A DNA stretch of 64,000 bases from Eledone cirrhosa (lineage: Eukaryota): positions 11,222,001 through 11,286,000 of the forward strand of contig OZ024753.1 in NCBI GenBank assembly GCA_964016885.1, read 5' to 3'. The stretch's first letter is position 1. Every line of letters begins with the position of its first letter. The translations under genes were made by a program, and so were the position numbers. The notes beneath the pieces were generated by a model. The model saw only the letters and a program-made list of their open reading frames with translations. It did not search any database and was not told the DNA's origin. Below are positions 29,701 through 45,430 of this stretch, one piece after another.

Positions 29701-30434
29701 AATATATATATAAAGATAAATGGATTAATAGATCTGAATTGTCAGTTTCACAATAGTAATACTATTTATTCAGCAGAGAACTCGATACTCGGGATAGTAG
29801 AGCGTAAATATATTACAGGGGTAGAGAGTCGAAACGGCAAGAGCTTAGCCGTCAGGCGTGTGGCAGAGTGCTGAGAGAATTGGATTCACAATCTTGAGGT
29901 TGTGAGTTCGATTCCTGGACCGGGCGATGCGTTATGTCCTTGAGCAAGACACTTTATTTCACGTTGCTCCTTCTACCTGGAGTTGCGACCGATAGATAGT
30001 AATAGCAATTGGAAAGACCAACGGAAACATTGTTTCCTAGGTCCGATTTGACGAAAGTCGATCGATCCAAAATATATATATATATATATATATGGCTGTA
30101 AATACTTAGAAAGTTCAAAAGTATCCATTGAGAGAGAAAGGGGAAGAGGGAGAATGAGAGAGAGCGGGGGTAAGAATAATGAGAGAGAAAGAGAGAGAGA
30201 AAGAAGAAAGAGAAAGAGGGAGAGAGAGAGAGAGAGCGACAGCCACAAAAAGAGAGAAAATATGACATAAAAAATGGACATGCTAGAAATTTAAGATCAA
30301 TAAAGACAGGAATATGAATATCAACAATAAAAATAATATTAATATTTTTATATTTACCAGCACAATAAATATAATTTTTTCAGAGTGCAACTGAATAAAT
30401 ATAAAGTGATAAGTAAAGCAACAATATATATATA

Positions 30435-30545
<111 letters not shown>

Positions 30546-30606
30546 GTACACACATATATATACACAGACACACACACATATATAATTATATATATACATA
30601 TATATG

Positions 30607-30645
<39 letters not shown>

Positions 30646-30703
30646 TATATATAATTATATAATTATATATATATATATATAATTATATATATATGATTAT
30701 ATA

Positions 30704-30744
<41 letters not shown>

Positions 30745-30903
30745 GGCAAATGTATATAGATATGTGTTGCTGTAAGGCCTATTGTGTACAGGTGTTCTAT
30801 AACAGAATTGTTTATTTCCCTGATGGAATATGTTTTAATATTCATCATGATGATATATACATACATATATATATATACATATATATACATATATATACAT
30901 ATA

Positions 30904-30963
<60 letters not shown>

Positions 30964-31005
30964 TATACATATATATACATATATATATATACATATACAT
31001 ATATA

Positions 31006-31037
<32 letters not shown>

Positions 31038-31048
31038 CACATATATAT

Positions 31049-31095
<47 letters not shown>

Positions 31096-31201
31096 CACAT
31101 ATATATATATAAATGCATTTATATATACACATATATATATATATATACATATATATATACACACACATATATATATATATACATATATATATACACACAC
31201 A

Positions 31202-31280
<79 letters not shown>

Positions 31281-31598
31281 GCGTGTGTGTTTGCGCGCGC
31301 GCATGAATATGTATACATATGCGTGTGTGTGCATGAGTGAGCGTATGTGTGCACGTGTTTGTGTGTATTTGTGTGTGTTTGTGTGTATTTGTGTGTGTTC
31401 GTGTACTTGTGTATGTGTGGGTATATACTTCCACATACATGTTTTCGATTATATATTCAGACAAAAGTTTCATATAGACCTCAAGCAAAAATAATCTAAA
31501 CCTTAATGATATATGCAAATAACCATATGTAGGTATATATATTAAGTATATGTATATATACATATGTAAACAATACACACATATATATATATATTAAT

Positions 31599-31657
<59 letters not shown>

Positions 31658-31760
31658 TAGAGAGAGAGAGAGATACAGTTATATATATATTTATAAATAT
31701 ACGTATATATATATATAGAGTGAGAGAGACGGATACACTTATATATATATTTATAAATAT

Positions 31761-31791
<31 letters not shown>

Positions 31792-31820
31792 CAAATAAAT
31801 ATATATATATATACATTTAT

Positions 31821-31859
<39 letters not shown>

Positions 31860-32233
31860 AATATATATATAAATATATATACATAAATACAAACACACAC
31901 ACACACACATATATATATTTATATATTAGTCATGGAAATATAAATGTAAACAAGGAATATATTAACAAACAAATCTAAATAAACTCGCATTTCATTTTAT
32001 GATAAATATTTTATTAAAATATTCCATTTAGTTTTTCAGTCTAATATTTGTTATTATTTTACAGTCTATATTATTTCATATGTGATATAAGTACACATTT
32101 CTAATATGATTGTACCGAATGACTTCTCATTTCATAACACTTTGCAATATAGATGTATATATAATTCATGTATTGCGTACAGTTTTTCTGACTTTTAGTA
32201 ATACAAATGATCATCAATTCGTATGTATGAATG

Positions 32234-33400
32234 TATGTATGTATGTATGTATGTTCTTCTGGTTTTATAATTTCACAAAGTTTTACCAAGAGAGAGAGAG
32301 TCGGTTTCTAACATAGACAAAAGACTCTCTCATTGGAATTTACATAACATCAACTAGGTAGATATGTAGGTATGCATGCATGTGTAGATATGGATGTTAT
32401 TGTATGTGTGGATGTGTATGTTTTGAGTTGTATGTGTGCATGTGTATATGCTTTGTATCTGTACATGTGTATATGCAGTTATTAGATGCAAAACCTTTGG
32501 AATGTTCCATTAATGGATTGTACTTGTAGTTTCCTAACTAGTTGTGTTCTTTCTGTTCCTGTGAAGCCTAGCTTCTCAAAATTTGTATTGAGGCAGTTAC
32601 TAACATATCCCAATGCCCAATAATCACAGGCATAAATCTGAAGGTGTAATCAGGGTGGAGTATCTGCAGATTTCTCATCAGTTCTGCATAAATATTCTCC
32701 TTTTCACTAATCTTTGATAATATATTGACATCTGCTGCGCAGCTAATTTCCACTACTGTGCATGTTTTCTTCTTACTGTCCCATCTCATATTATCTGGTC
32801 TGTTATGCCTGCATTTTATTGGGGTTTTTACTGGAACATTCCACCAGTACTCTTTCATATTATGTACATGGATGTCTTCCACTTTTAATGTGTTTATTAT
32901 CGGGGCTATCTTTTTTACGAACCGCATTGTACAGTGTTTTGGCTACTACATCATGCCTCATAGGTAGATAGTACCGCGATGACATCTTTGGACAGCTGCT
33001 GATGACATGGGTGATATCTTCGATGTTAGTTCTGCAGAGTCTGCACTTGTTATCACATTTAGTTGTTTTGCCTGTAACCCTATCTCTTTTGTGAATCAGG
33101 TATTTCGTGCTAATCTCCTGTTCCTGGACTGCAAAAGCGTATCCTTCAAAGTGGGAGCCAATATAGCGGTTGTTGGTCCAAGATAGACTACTTTCCTTAT
33201 CTATATTTTTTGCTGATAGGCATGCAGTCTTTCATCCATGGATTCACTGCGATACTGCTGAGCGACATCCCTGGGTGTGAGTTTTTGATTATCACCCAGG
33301 GAATATCTCTCAAGGAGTTCCTTCCCAACTCTCATGATCTTATCTGTTTCATGCAGATAGACTTGCTCGAGAAACGGGCTCCTACGCTTCGAGGTTCGTA
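32234..33400 (-). mobile_element. 5'-truncated R4/Dong-clade non-LTR retrotransposon (zinc knuckle, restriction-like endonuclease, 3' UTR)
   Basis: Translates to EGYAFAVQEQEI...CRLC...EDITHVISSC...MRHD...HNRPD...VVEISC...EKENIY; frameshifted; (TATG)n on both sides. Confidence 0.85.
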
Positions 33401-33480
33401 GATGTATGTATGTATGTATGTATGTATGTATGTATGTATGTATGTATGTATGTATGTATGTATGTATGTATGTATGTATG

Positions 33481-34088
33481 TCAGGTCACCAGTTGGTGCT
33501 ACTGGTAACATGTATCCCAGTACAACCTGTCCCATGGTCGGGTCGTTGGCGACTAAACTGGCAACCCCACCAAGGTTTCTTGGTGAGGAGGGTGACTTTG
33601 GACATCCTGCAGGACTAAAAACAAAACCTGTCAAAGGGCAAAGGAGCTCTTAAGAGTCAATGGCCATCCAAAATCACCGGGAGAGATGACCCCTTAGCCT
33701 TTGTCAAGGCAGAATTCTAGGAGAAGGAAAACTCTGATATAACACCTGCAACTCTGATGGTATCCAATGATGTTGACTTATTCTTCTTTTTGGTAAATAT
33801 CATCTTGGTTAAGAGAGTGGGACTGGCTTTGTGCAGAGCCTTTGCTCACTATAAAAGCTTCACGGCACAGGCATTGCTTTATATCTGGAGATCTCTCTGC
33901 ATTTATCGTCACATGGTACCATGGGCCCAGCACTATGTGTCAATAATTGTCACAAGTGTAGTGTTTGTACCAGAGTTTTCAAGTCGCTGGCTGGACTAAA
34001 AAATCACACTCGTTCAGCGTATCGGTAGGGGTTCTCCTACATGGATATAAAGTAGTAGTCGTACTCGAAAACGAGTTGGCAGCCACCA
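33481..34088 (+). mobile_element. Structured non-autonomous repeat of about 600 bp, RTE-like 5' region
   Basis: Near-identical copy at 45653-46187 (-) with the same end GGCAGCCACC; diverged relative at 34878-35330. The motif TCTAGGAGAAGGAAAACTCTGAT recalls RTE-type 5' UTRs (recall only). Confidence 0.5.
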
Positions 34089-34098
34089 TGTATGTATG

Positions 34099-34297
34099 TT
34101 TCTCTTTCTCTTAATTTCGAGTACAGTTTTGACCGGCCACCTTCCTGGTGGCAAGGTTGTCAAAGAAAAGAAATTGTCATCCTTTGAATCGCAAGAATGT
34201 TTTTGCAAATTTTGAAGGTGCCAGCTACCGCAGCCATTTGTACTCTATGAATTAGGGAGCTGCGTTCTTTGTCCTTAAATCCAAGTTCAGTTATACT
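34099..34297 (-). mobile_element. Extreme 3' end of a second R4/Dong-like family
   Basis: ELGFKDKERSSLIHRVQMAAVAGTFKICK aligns with KLGFTGTERTQLVRKLQVQSINGTF of the 32234 element; (CATA)n flanks. Confidence 0.6.
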
Positions 34298-34332
34298 ATG
34301 TATGTATGTATGTATGTATGTATGTATGTATG

Positions 34333-34620
34333 TATGTATGTATGTATGTATGTTCGGGTTTTATAATTTCACAAATTTTTGCCAATAGAGAGAGAGAGAG
34401 ATAGAGAGAGAGAGCCGGTTTCTAATATAGATACAATACACTCTCATTGGAATTTACACAACATCAACTAGGTAGATATATATGCATGTGTGTGCAGGTA
34501 TGGGTGTTATTGTATGTGTGGGTGTGTATATTTTTAGTTGACTGTGTACTTGTGCATATGCTTTGTATCTGTACGAGTGTATATGCAGTTATTGGATGCA
34601 GAATTTTTGGAATGTTTTAT
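34333..34620 (-). mobile_element. 3' UTR-only copy of the 32234-33400 element
   Basis: Clear similarity to 32255-32510; abuts (TATG)n. Confidence 0.75.
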
Positions 34621-35356
34621 CTATGTATGTATATATATATATATATATATATGTGTAAATGAAGTAATTCCGTCGGAAAAGTCCAGGAAAAAAGAGTTCT
34701 CTATGTAGGTAACAGAGCTTAATAGTTATGTAATAAACAACATAAGGCAATTATTTCATTTACCAGTGGTTTCTTAAAAGCAAACAAATTTTGCTTTCAA
34801 TCATCCGAATGAAACAATCCTGGCCTATATATATATATATATATATATATATAATCCTGTATGTATATATACATACACGACTTGTCGCATGGTCGGGTCG
34901 TCGGCGACTAAACCGTCAACCCCACCAAGTTTATTTGGTGAGGAGGTTGATTTTGGACACCCTGAAAGACAAAAAACAAGCCCCGACAAAGGGCGGAAGA
35001 ACTCATAAATCAATGGCCATCCCAAAATGTATATACATGTATGCATGTGTATGTATATACGCGGGGACATAGAAATAAACGAGTTGGATACCCAATCGCA
35101 CGGTTAAACCACTGGGAGTGAAGGACCCCTAGCTTTTTTCAGGGCACTCTTCTAGGAGAAGGCAACCCAGGAAACTGGGATAACTCATACATAAAACGTG
35201 CGGCTCACTAGTTACCGATGATGTTGATCTTTTCTTCTTTTCGGGTTATAGCTACTGTTGCTCAGAGAGTGGGATTGGCTCAGTGCACAGTCTTTCATCA
35301 CTTAAAAAAAATCTTCACGCACAGGCATTGCACGATAGAATTAATTGATAATTATT

Positions 35357-35549
35357 AATAATTGTTTCTACTTTTGGCACAAGGTCAGCAATTACCCACT
35401 GTATTACTGGTACTTTATTTTATCGACCCTCGTAAGGATGAAAGGCAAAGTTGACCTCGGCGAGATTTGAACTCAAATCATAAAGGGCCGTAACTCTATG
35501 CTGCAAAGCATGGCGTCCGACCGTCTACCGATACTGCCAACACACCACC
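35357..35549 (-). mobile_element. Meta-type SINE; others at 43177-43312 (-) and 55805-56022 (+)
   Basis: Consensus match. Confidence 0.85.
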
Positions 35550-35637
35550 CTATATTAATAATTATTAATAATGTTACATCGTGCAATGGCCATAGTCGAT
35601 AACGAGGGGGCAGCCATCATATATATATATATATATC

Positions 35638-35931
35638 ACATTGATCACCTTGACCGATGAGTCTGTCGGGCGCCACCTCCCCTACCAATTTGCAATCACA
35701 GAATTACTACTGACTTTTGACAATCACTTTGACCATATATGGAATTACCCCTTGAGAAGATCGGCTATTTAAATACCAGGATAAATTTTCATTTAGTCCA
35801 GAATTAGCCGTCGAAACGGCTTGAGCTCAGCCGTCGGGGTCTTACCGGTTCCTATTACCCACTCTACTACTCCAAGTATTGAGTACTTTGGTGCGTTATG
35901 GTCCACCTGGTTCCTTACCACATTTCCTTCG

Positions 35932-35981
<50 letters not shown>

Positions 35982-36149
35982 CGAGGGAAAAGTGGTAAGG
36001 AACCAGGTGGACCATAACGCACCAAAGTACTCAATACTTAGGGTAGTAGAGTGGGTAATAGGAGTAAGTAAGACCCCGACGGCTGAGCTCAAGCCGTTTC
36101 AACGGCTAATTCTGTACTGAATTCAGTACAGAATTAGCCGTCGAAACGG
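35638..36149. mobile_element. Two convergent family A PLE-like remnants sharing one (TA)n tract
   Basis: 35794-35932 and 35981-36119 are diverged inverted copies; the second folds back again near 36120. Confidence 0.7.
35747..35840 (+). ncRNA. Type I hammerhead ribozyme, U3:A8 core variant (family A, complete copy)
   Basis: Stem I ACCCC(35747)/GGGGT(35836). Core TTGAGAA. Stem II GA(T)CGGCTA/TAGCCGTC around a long loop. GAAA. Stem III ACGGCT/AGCCGT with loop TGAGCTC. GUC cleavage predicted after 35835. Confidence 0.8.
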
Positions 36150-36686
36150 GGAGGGTCATATTTGTGTAATAATATTGCCAGAATTAATAACAGAACACAC
36201 TCACTGTTTGGTTGGTTTTCGCTTCTGTGTCTTTTATATCAGTTAATTTAATTTATTCGGTCCTCAATGTTACCATTGACTGAACAACGTTCAAAAATAC
36301 AGATACAATATAGACACAAACACATATATATAGTCTAACAAAGTTCTTTCGCTGCACATCTGCAACACGTCAGTGGTGTTATTATGTTTCATCAAGACTA
36401 AATAAAGATGGCGTAGGCATACAATGCAACGGGAGGAAACATAATAGCACCACTGACGATGTTGCAGATGTGCAACGAAAGAACTTGTTAGACTATATAT
36501 ATGTGTTTGTGTCTATATTGTATCTGTATTTTTGACCGTTGGTCAGTCAATGGTAACATTGAGGACCGAATAAATTAAATTAACCGATATAAAAGACACA
36601 GAAGCGAAAAACCAACCAAACAGTGAGTGTGTTCTGTTATTAATTCTGGCAATACTATTACACAAATATGACCCTCCCCAAGTATA
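36148..36686. mobile_element. Fold-back PLE-like remnant, family G (arms of about 240 bp)
   Basis: 36148-36390 is the reverse complement of 36437-36679. Other copies at 42549-42850 and 37894-38160; related end at 24242-24310. Confidence 0.6.
36449..36490 (+). ncRNA. Hammerhead-like motif (family G)
   Basis: CTGACGA t GTTGCA-gatg-TGCAAC GAAA. The copy near 38080-38118 (-) has covarying GTCACA/TGTGAC. Stems I and III are weak. Confidence 0.5.
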
Positions 36687-36778
36687 AGAATATTTGTTTC
36701 GACACACGATTTCATATAAAAAACCTCGCAAAACTAATATATTTATATATATATGTATCTCTCTCTCTCTCTCTCTCT

Positions 36779-36845
<67 letters not shown>

Positions 36846-36896
36846 CTCTCTCTCTATATATATGGCCTCAGCCGGATGGCTGAAACAGGTAAAAGA

Positions 36897-36977
<81 letters not shown>

Positions 36978-37246
36978 GAACATTGCAGAAGTAAAATCTG
37001 CATTTGTAAAGTTACATAGCACAGAAACCATCGCCCGGGAAACAAATATTTATATCTATCTCTAACTAATAACAAAGCCGACTGTCTACAGAAAACTAAA
37101 TGAATGCATTCTGAACAGTTGATTGCAGGTGCATAACTGCAGGTGCATAACTGCAATTCGCCAGATTCATTGAGTGAGCTAGACGCTGAAATTATAACAG
37201 CGATCTCCGTTACTTTTCTTACAAACATACATTCATTCATATATCT

Positions 37247-37347
<101 letters not shown>

Positions 37348-37371
37348 ACATATTCCTTTGTTATATTTCGA

Positions 37372-37429
37372 ATACCTGATGATATCACCGGATTCATATG
37401 GAACCCGGTCATTGAAATGATCATAGTAT
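37372..37429 (+). ncRNA. Type I hammerhead ribozyme with minimal palindromic stem III (family F)
   Basis: ATAC CTGATGA ...ACCGG/CCGGT... GAAA TGATCA TA GTAT, flanked by (TA)n. Confidence 0.65.
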
Positions 37430-37478
37430 AATAAACCTTTCAAGGATTTACACCAGTCCAGCCGCCTGTTATTTTATT

Positions 37479-37510
<32 letters not shown>

Positions 37511-37524
37511 GTTATAATATATAT

Positions 37525-37893
37525 ATGGATGGATGGGTGCTACACGAGAATGCTGAGTATGGCTCTGAACATTAATCAGTATACACTTAGGATGAAGAAC
37601 TGAGAGCTGTACGGGAGCCTCACATAAGTTAGCTCGAAAGTGACACAGAGGAGACTGAGGTTAGCTGGACATGCTCACTGACATCGAGAGTTGACACGGC
37701 ACTCAGTGGTCCTGTGGGAGCCCCTGCATGGACACACTGGAAGAGGGAGACCAAGGTTGACATATGTTGATGCCCTAAGGACATATACTGGTCTCTTGGA
37801 GACGCAGGACATGGCAGCGATGATAAGGGACAAAGACCGCTGGAGAGAACTCGTCCATGGATCTCGGGAATTTTACCCTCCCTAGAGAGACAG
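37525..37893 (+). mobile_element. 3' end of the same RTE/RTE-X-like LINE, with 13-bp TSD
   Basis: DGCYTRML...LYGSL...RRLRLAGH; ATTGTTATAATAT at 37508-37520 and 37894-37906. Confidence 0.8.
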
Positions 37894-38037
37894 ATTGTTA
37901 TAATATTGCCAGAAATAATAATAGAACACACTCACTGTTTGGTTTAGATTGGTTTTGGCTTCAGTATCAATATATCTCCATAGTTAATTTATCTGGAAAT
38001 CAATGTTTATCATTGATTGACCAACGGTTTAAAAAAG

Positions 38038-38076
<39 letters not shown>

Positions 38077-38432
38077 ATCAAAGTTCTTTTGTCACACACC
38101 TGTGACATCATCAGTGGTACTATTATCTTTCCTCCCGCTGTATTGTAATGCCTACGACATTTTAATTATATATATATACGTAAAAGGTAAACAGAAATAA
38201 CAACACAATCGGTACAGTATATGGAATGTATATATTAGGTTAACGCTTGATATAGCAGGAAGAGGGTCTCAACATTTCGAACGCTAGTCCTTCACCAGAA
38301 GAAAGAATGATAAATAAAATAGATTGAGGGGACGGGCGGAATGGTATTGAAAAAATGTCTTTAGATAAAAATGACAGGTCCATTCATGTTGACATCTCCT
38401 GGAAAAGTATTGGTGCTGGCGTTTTGTGTATG

Positions 38433-38514
<82 letters not shown>

Positions 38515-38779
38515 GGAGAGAGAGAGGGAGAGAGAGAGGGAGAGAGAGAGGGAGAGAGAGAGGAATAATTATTTTGTTTGACGAAGGAACAATAGATTAG
38601 AAAAGCTGTGGTACTTCCATCGAAGTACTTTGTGGTATTGAACTTACAGTGAAGTACTTTTGTTCTTATTTACGACCAGAAATGCAGTAAATCAGTCATT
38701 GGCTAACAGCGACCGGATAACAAAAGACGCTGTCGCCATCTATAAATTTACAAATATATATATAGATACACATATATAT

Positions 38780-38892
<113 letters not shown>

Positions 38893-38925
38893 TACACATA
38901 TATATACATATATATATGTATATAC

Positions 38926-38956
<31 letters not shown>

Positions 38957-39102
38957 CACATATATATATATATACATATATATATATGTATATTTATACA
39001 CATATATATGTATATATATATATATGTATATATATACATATATATATATGTGTGTGTGGGTGTGTGTGAGTGTACATGTTTATGCATATATATATATATT
39101 TG

Positions 39103-39181
<79 letters not shown>

Positions 39182-39518
39182 CATATATATATATGTACAT
39201 GTTTATATATATATATATACATTCATATATATATATATGTGTATATATATATATATATACATTCACATGTATATATGTGTATATATATATGTATATATAT
39301 GTATATATATATATACATATATATATTTATATATATACATACATATATATACACATATATATATGAATGTATACATGTGTATACATATATATATATATGA
39401 ATATATATATATATGTGTATACATGTACATATATATATATATATGTATATACATATATATATGTATATAGATGTATATGCATAAACATATACACACACAC
39501 ACCCACACACACACACAC

Positions 39519-39565
<47 letters not shown>

Positions 39566-39682
39566 TATGAAATATATATCGTTTTTCACAAAAACAATAT
39601 AAAAAGTTAAGGCCATAAGTTTTATATACATATATATGTATGTAGATGTATTTATATATGTATAAACATGTAGACACACACA

Positions 39683-39739
<57 letters not shown>

Positions 39740-39802
39740 GAAAAAATGTGTCATCAAGCTGACAAGTGTTCTCGGTATCGTGAACTAACTGTTGTGTAAC
39801 CA

Positions 39803-39896
<94 letters not shown>

Positions 39897-39900
<4 letters not shown>

Positions 39901-40088
39901 AAACAGTATGACCATGACGGCAGAGCTCAAGCCGTTTCGACGGCTATTTCTGGACTAGAAATAGCCGTCGAAACGGTTTGAGCTGTGCCGTCGAGTTCAT
40001 ACTTTTTCCTATTTCCCACTCTACTACCCTAAGTATTGAGTACTCTGGTGCGTTATGGTCCATCTGGTTCCTTACCACAATTCCTTTG

Positions 40089-40090
<2 letters not shown>
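39897..40090. mobile_element. PLE-like remnant, family A, fold-back
   Basis: Inverted arms centred near 39954; TA flanks. Confidence 0.65.
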
Positions 40091-40123
<33 letters not shown>

Positions 40124-40476
40124 TTAAGGAAAAAATGTTTCATTATTGTAGTCCATTTCTTGCGTAAAAATTCTCTATCCTTTGAGTATTATTGTAAGAG
40201 AACTTCTTTTCCAGAAGTATAAGTCAGCGAAATTATTTTAACTGATAAAAATCTATAGAATTTAATGGATTAAAGAAAGTCTCTGAAGATTACTGAAGAA
40301 AGAACACATAAGCTAAGTTATATAAAATGTATGATACAGATTCTCTATTTTTTATAATCAAATTACAAACTACTCCAGCCGCAAATAAAACGAAACACTC
40401 CACATTTACTAATATATATTCTATATGTAGCATATCAATGGAAGATGGCGGATTTAGAAGAACTACGAACAAATGA

Positions 40477-41142
40477 GTAGTAATTCACGTAGCAGTAGTA
40501 GTAGTAGTAGTAGTAGTAGTAGCAGAAGTAATTGTAGTGGTAGTAGTTGTTATAGTAGTAGTTGTGGTAGTAGTAGTGTAGTAGTAGTAGTTGTTGTAGC
40601 AGTAGTAGTAGTAGTGGTAGTAATAGTTGTAGTAGTAGTAATTGTAGTTGTAGTAGTCGTAGTAGTAGTAGTTGTTGCGGTAGTGGTAGTAGTAGTGGTA
40701 GCAATAGTTGTAGTACTAGTTGTAGTAGCAATTTTAGTAGCAGTAATTGCAGTAGTAGTAGACGTAGTAGTTGTAGTAGTAGTAGTGTTAGTATTAGTAG
40801 TTATAGTAGTAGTATTAGTAGTAGTTGTAGTAGTAGTGCAGTGTTAGTAGTAGTAGTCGCAATGATAGTTGTAGTGGTAGTGGTAGTAATAGTAATTGCA
40901 GTTGCAGTAGTAGTAGTGGTAGCAATAGTAGTAGTAGTAGCAGCAGCAGCAGTAGTAGTAGTAGCAGAGCAGTAGTAGTAGTAGCAGCACCACCACTAGT
41001 AGTAGTAGCAGTAGTAGTAGTAGCAGCAGCAGCAGTAGTAGTAGTAGTAGTACTAGTAGTAGTAGCAGTACTAGTAGTAGTAGCAGTAGTAGTAGTAGTA
41101 GCAGCAGTAGTAGTAGTAGTAGCAGTAGTAGTAGTAGTAGTA
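40477..41142. repeat. (TAG)n-derived trinucleotide array; similar at 59289-59335 and 60840-61572
   Basis: Direct inspection. Confidence 0.95.
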
Positions 41143-41327
41143 ACAGCATACTAAATAGGATATTGATGATGATGATGAGTTGGTAATGCTTTATGTGGTG
41201 GTACATCTAACAGTCTGATCTATCAGTTACCTAATCGATTTCACCCTTAACGGGATCTTCTGAAACTAAAAAGACCCCGTTAAGGGTGAAAGCAGTGATT
41301 CTTTGCTTAAATTTTATTCTGTTCTCA

Positions 41328-41379
<52 letters not shown>

Positions 41380-41430
41380 TATGAAGAGAGAAGAAACATT
41401 TAGATATAATAAGTAATAAAATGTATCATA

Positions 41431-41501
<71 letters not shown>

Positions 41502-41570
41502 TATGAAGAGAGAAGAAACATTTAGATATAATAAGTAATAAAATGTATCATACCTAAACTGCTCCTAGAT

Positions 41571-41660
41571 TCCTCGACTACGTAGTTTCGTGGCATAAAC
41601 AAAAACAATACATCATAAAGATATAGAGTCTCTGCGAGGTCTGCCGACTTATCAAGAGGA
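41571..41660 (-). ncRNA. Type I hammerhead ribozyme, family B second copy
   Basis: Core and stems identical to 47306-47393; differences are confined to loop II. Confidence 0.75.
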
Positions 41661-41803
41661 TACCTCGTTTTACTAGTTTCAAGAACGCGTATACATATAT
41701 ATAAAACATGAGAAGAATGAATACTGCGTGGTTGCACATGGGTTACATATGATAAAAATAGTCCTTCATCAGTTATTTTCCAACCTTCATTGGTATTTCA
41801 TCG

Positions 41804-41846
<43 letters not shown>

Positions 41847-41942
41847 ACACACAAACCTACCCAAACATACGCACAGACGCACGCACACACACACACAAAC
41901 ACACACACATACACACACGCGTATATATATATATATATATAT

Positions 41943-42156
41943 AAGAGTAAGTAAGACCCCGACGGCTGAGCTCAAGCCGTTTCGACGGCTAATTCTGTAC
42001 TGAATTCTGTACTTGATTCAGTACAGAATTAGCCGTCGAAACGGCTTGAGCTCAGCCGTCGGGGTCTTACTTACTCTTATTACCCAATCTACTACACTTA
42101 GTATTGAGTACTTTGGTGCGTTATGGTCCACCTGGTTCCTTACCACTTTTCCCTCG

Positions 42157-42158
<2 letters not shown>
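41943..42158. mobile_element. PLE-like remnant, family A, fold-back
   Basis: Inverted arms centred near 42010; TA flanks. Confidence 0.65.
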
Positions 42159-42210
<52 letters not shown>

Positions 42211-42364
42211 AATGAAACAACGGAGTCAAGGACTCGCCGCCTTTATCTCCGTAATATAATGAGCTCAAGGAAAAATTCGTACTTTTTGTGTTTTTCACTC
42301 TAGTGGCCTTATGCCCACTGTGATTGAAAACACACTATTTCGTGTATTCTCTCTGTATTATGTG

Positions 42365-42478
<114 letters not shown>

Positions 42479-42899
42479 TTTTATATATTTATATTTATAT
42501 ATATATATATTTATAAATATATATATATATATATATACATATATATATTGTTATACTTGGGGAGGGTCATATTTGTGTAATAGTATTGCCAGAATTAATA
42601 ACAGAACACACTCACTGTTTGGTTGGTTTTCGCTTCTGTGTCTTTTATATCGGTTAAGTTAATTTATTCGGTCCTCAATGTTGCCATTGACTGACCAACG
42701 GTCAAAAATACAGATACAATATAGACACAAACACATATATATATATATAGTCTATCAAAGTTCTTTCGTTGCACACCTGCAACACGTCAGTGGTGCTATT
42801 ATGTGTCCTCCCGTTGCATTGTATGCTTACGCCATCTTTATTTAGCCTGTTTATTTATTTATTTGTTTATTTTTTTGTCTTCTCTGCGCATGCGTTTGC

Positions 42900-42981
<82 letters not shown>

Positions 42982-43028
42982 AAATGTAACTGAAAATGCA
43001 ACTAGAGTATTTTAAGAATATTTATTCA

Positions 43029-43060
43029 TTTTACCGGTTTCACATTTCTGGTTATCAAAA
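43029..43060 (-). ncRNA. Minimal hammerhead-like motif, U3:A8 core, ACCGGT stem III (family H)
   Basis: TTGATAA c CA-gaaa-TG t GAAA CCGG TA. Relative at 50178-50214 (-) reads TTGAAAA GCATTT/AAATGC GCAA CCGG TA; degenerate copy near 17855-17890. Confidence 0.4.
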
Positions 43061-43383
43061 GTAAAATTGGGATGGAGGGTTTGTGTTTCTGTTGTCGTAT
43101 ATATATATATATGCATATACCTATATACACACATGTATATATAAATACATTCTCTCATTATATATAAATATGTTATGATTGTTTCTAGCTTTGGCATAAG
43201 GCCAGACATCACCCCAGTACATCACTGGTACTTTATTTTATCGACCCCGTTAGGATGAAAGGCAAAGTTAACAGTGGCGAGACTTGAACTCAGAACGCAA
43301 AGGGCCATAACTCATAATATATATTATATATATATATACATACATAGAGAGAGAGAGACAGAGAGATAGAGAGAGAGAGAGAA

Positions 43384-43465
<82 letters not shown>

Positions 43466-43651
43466 TCCGAGTCACAAAATTTGAAATATTCGCTATATTA
43501 TTTTTGATACTCTGTTTTCCGTTTTCCGTATAAGTATTTGGGTTTTAACTTAAAGAGAAGCGTTTATATTTACCCGTGTTGTATTCCAAAGGGAACGTAT
43601 CCATTAGATACATATGGAGAGAGAGGGAGAGACGGTGTAAGAGATACAAAG

Positions 43652-45430
<1,779 letters not shown>

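Noticed and set aside
33481-33640. HDV-like or twister ribozyme call
   Set aside because: P1/P3/L3 (HDV) and P2/T2 (twister) could not be assigned consistently; kept only as a lead.
33757-33999. 80-aa ORF conserved at 45740-45982
   Set aside because: Both copies lie in a young repeat, so identity is no evidence of coding selection; no recognisable motif.
42549-42850. Solo LTR suggested by the TGTTATA terminus
   Set aside because: No matching opposite terminus or TSD; the HHR-like core, TA context and fold-back copy favour a PLE-like terminus.
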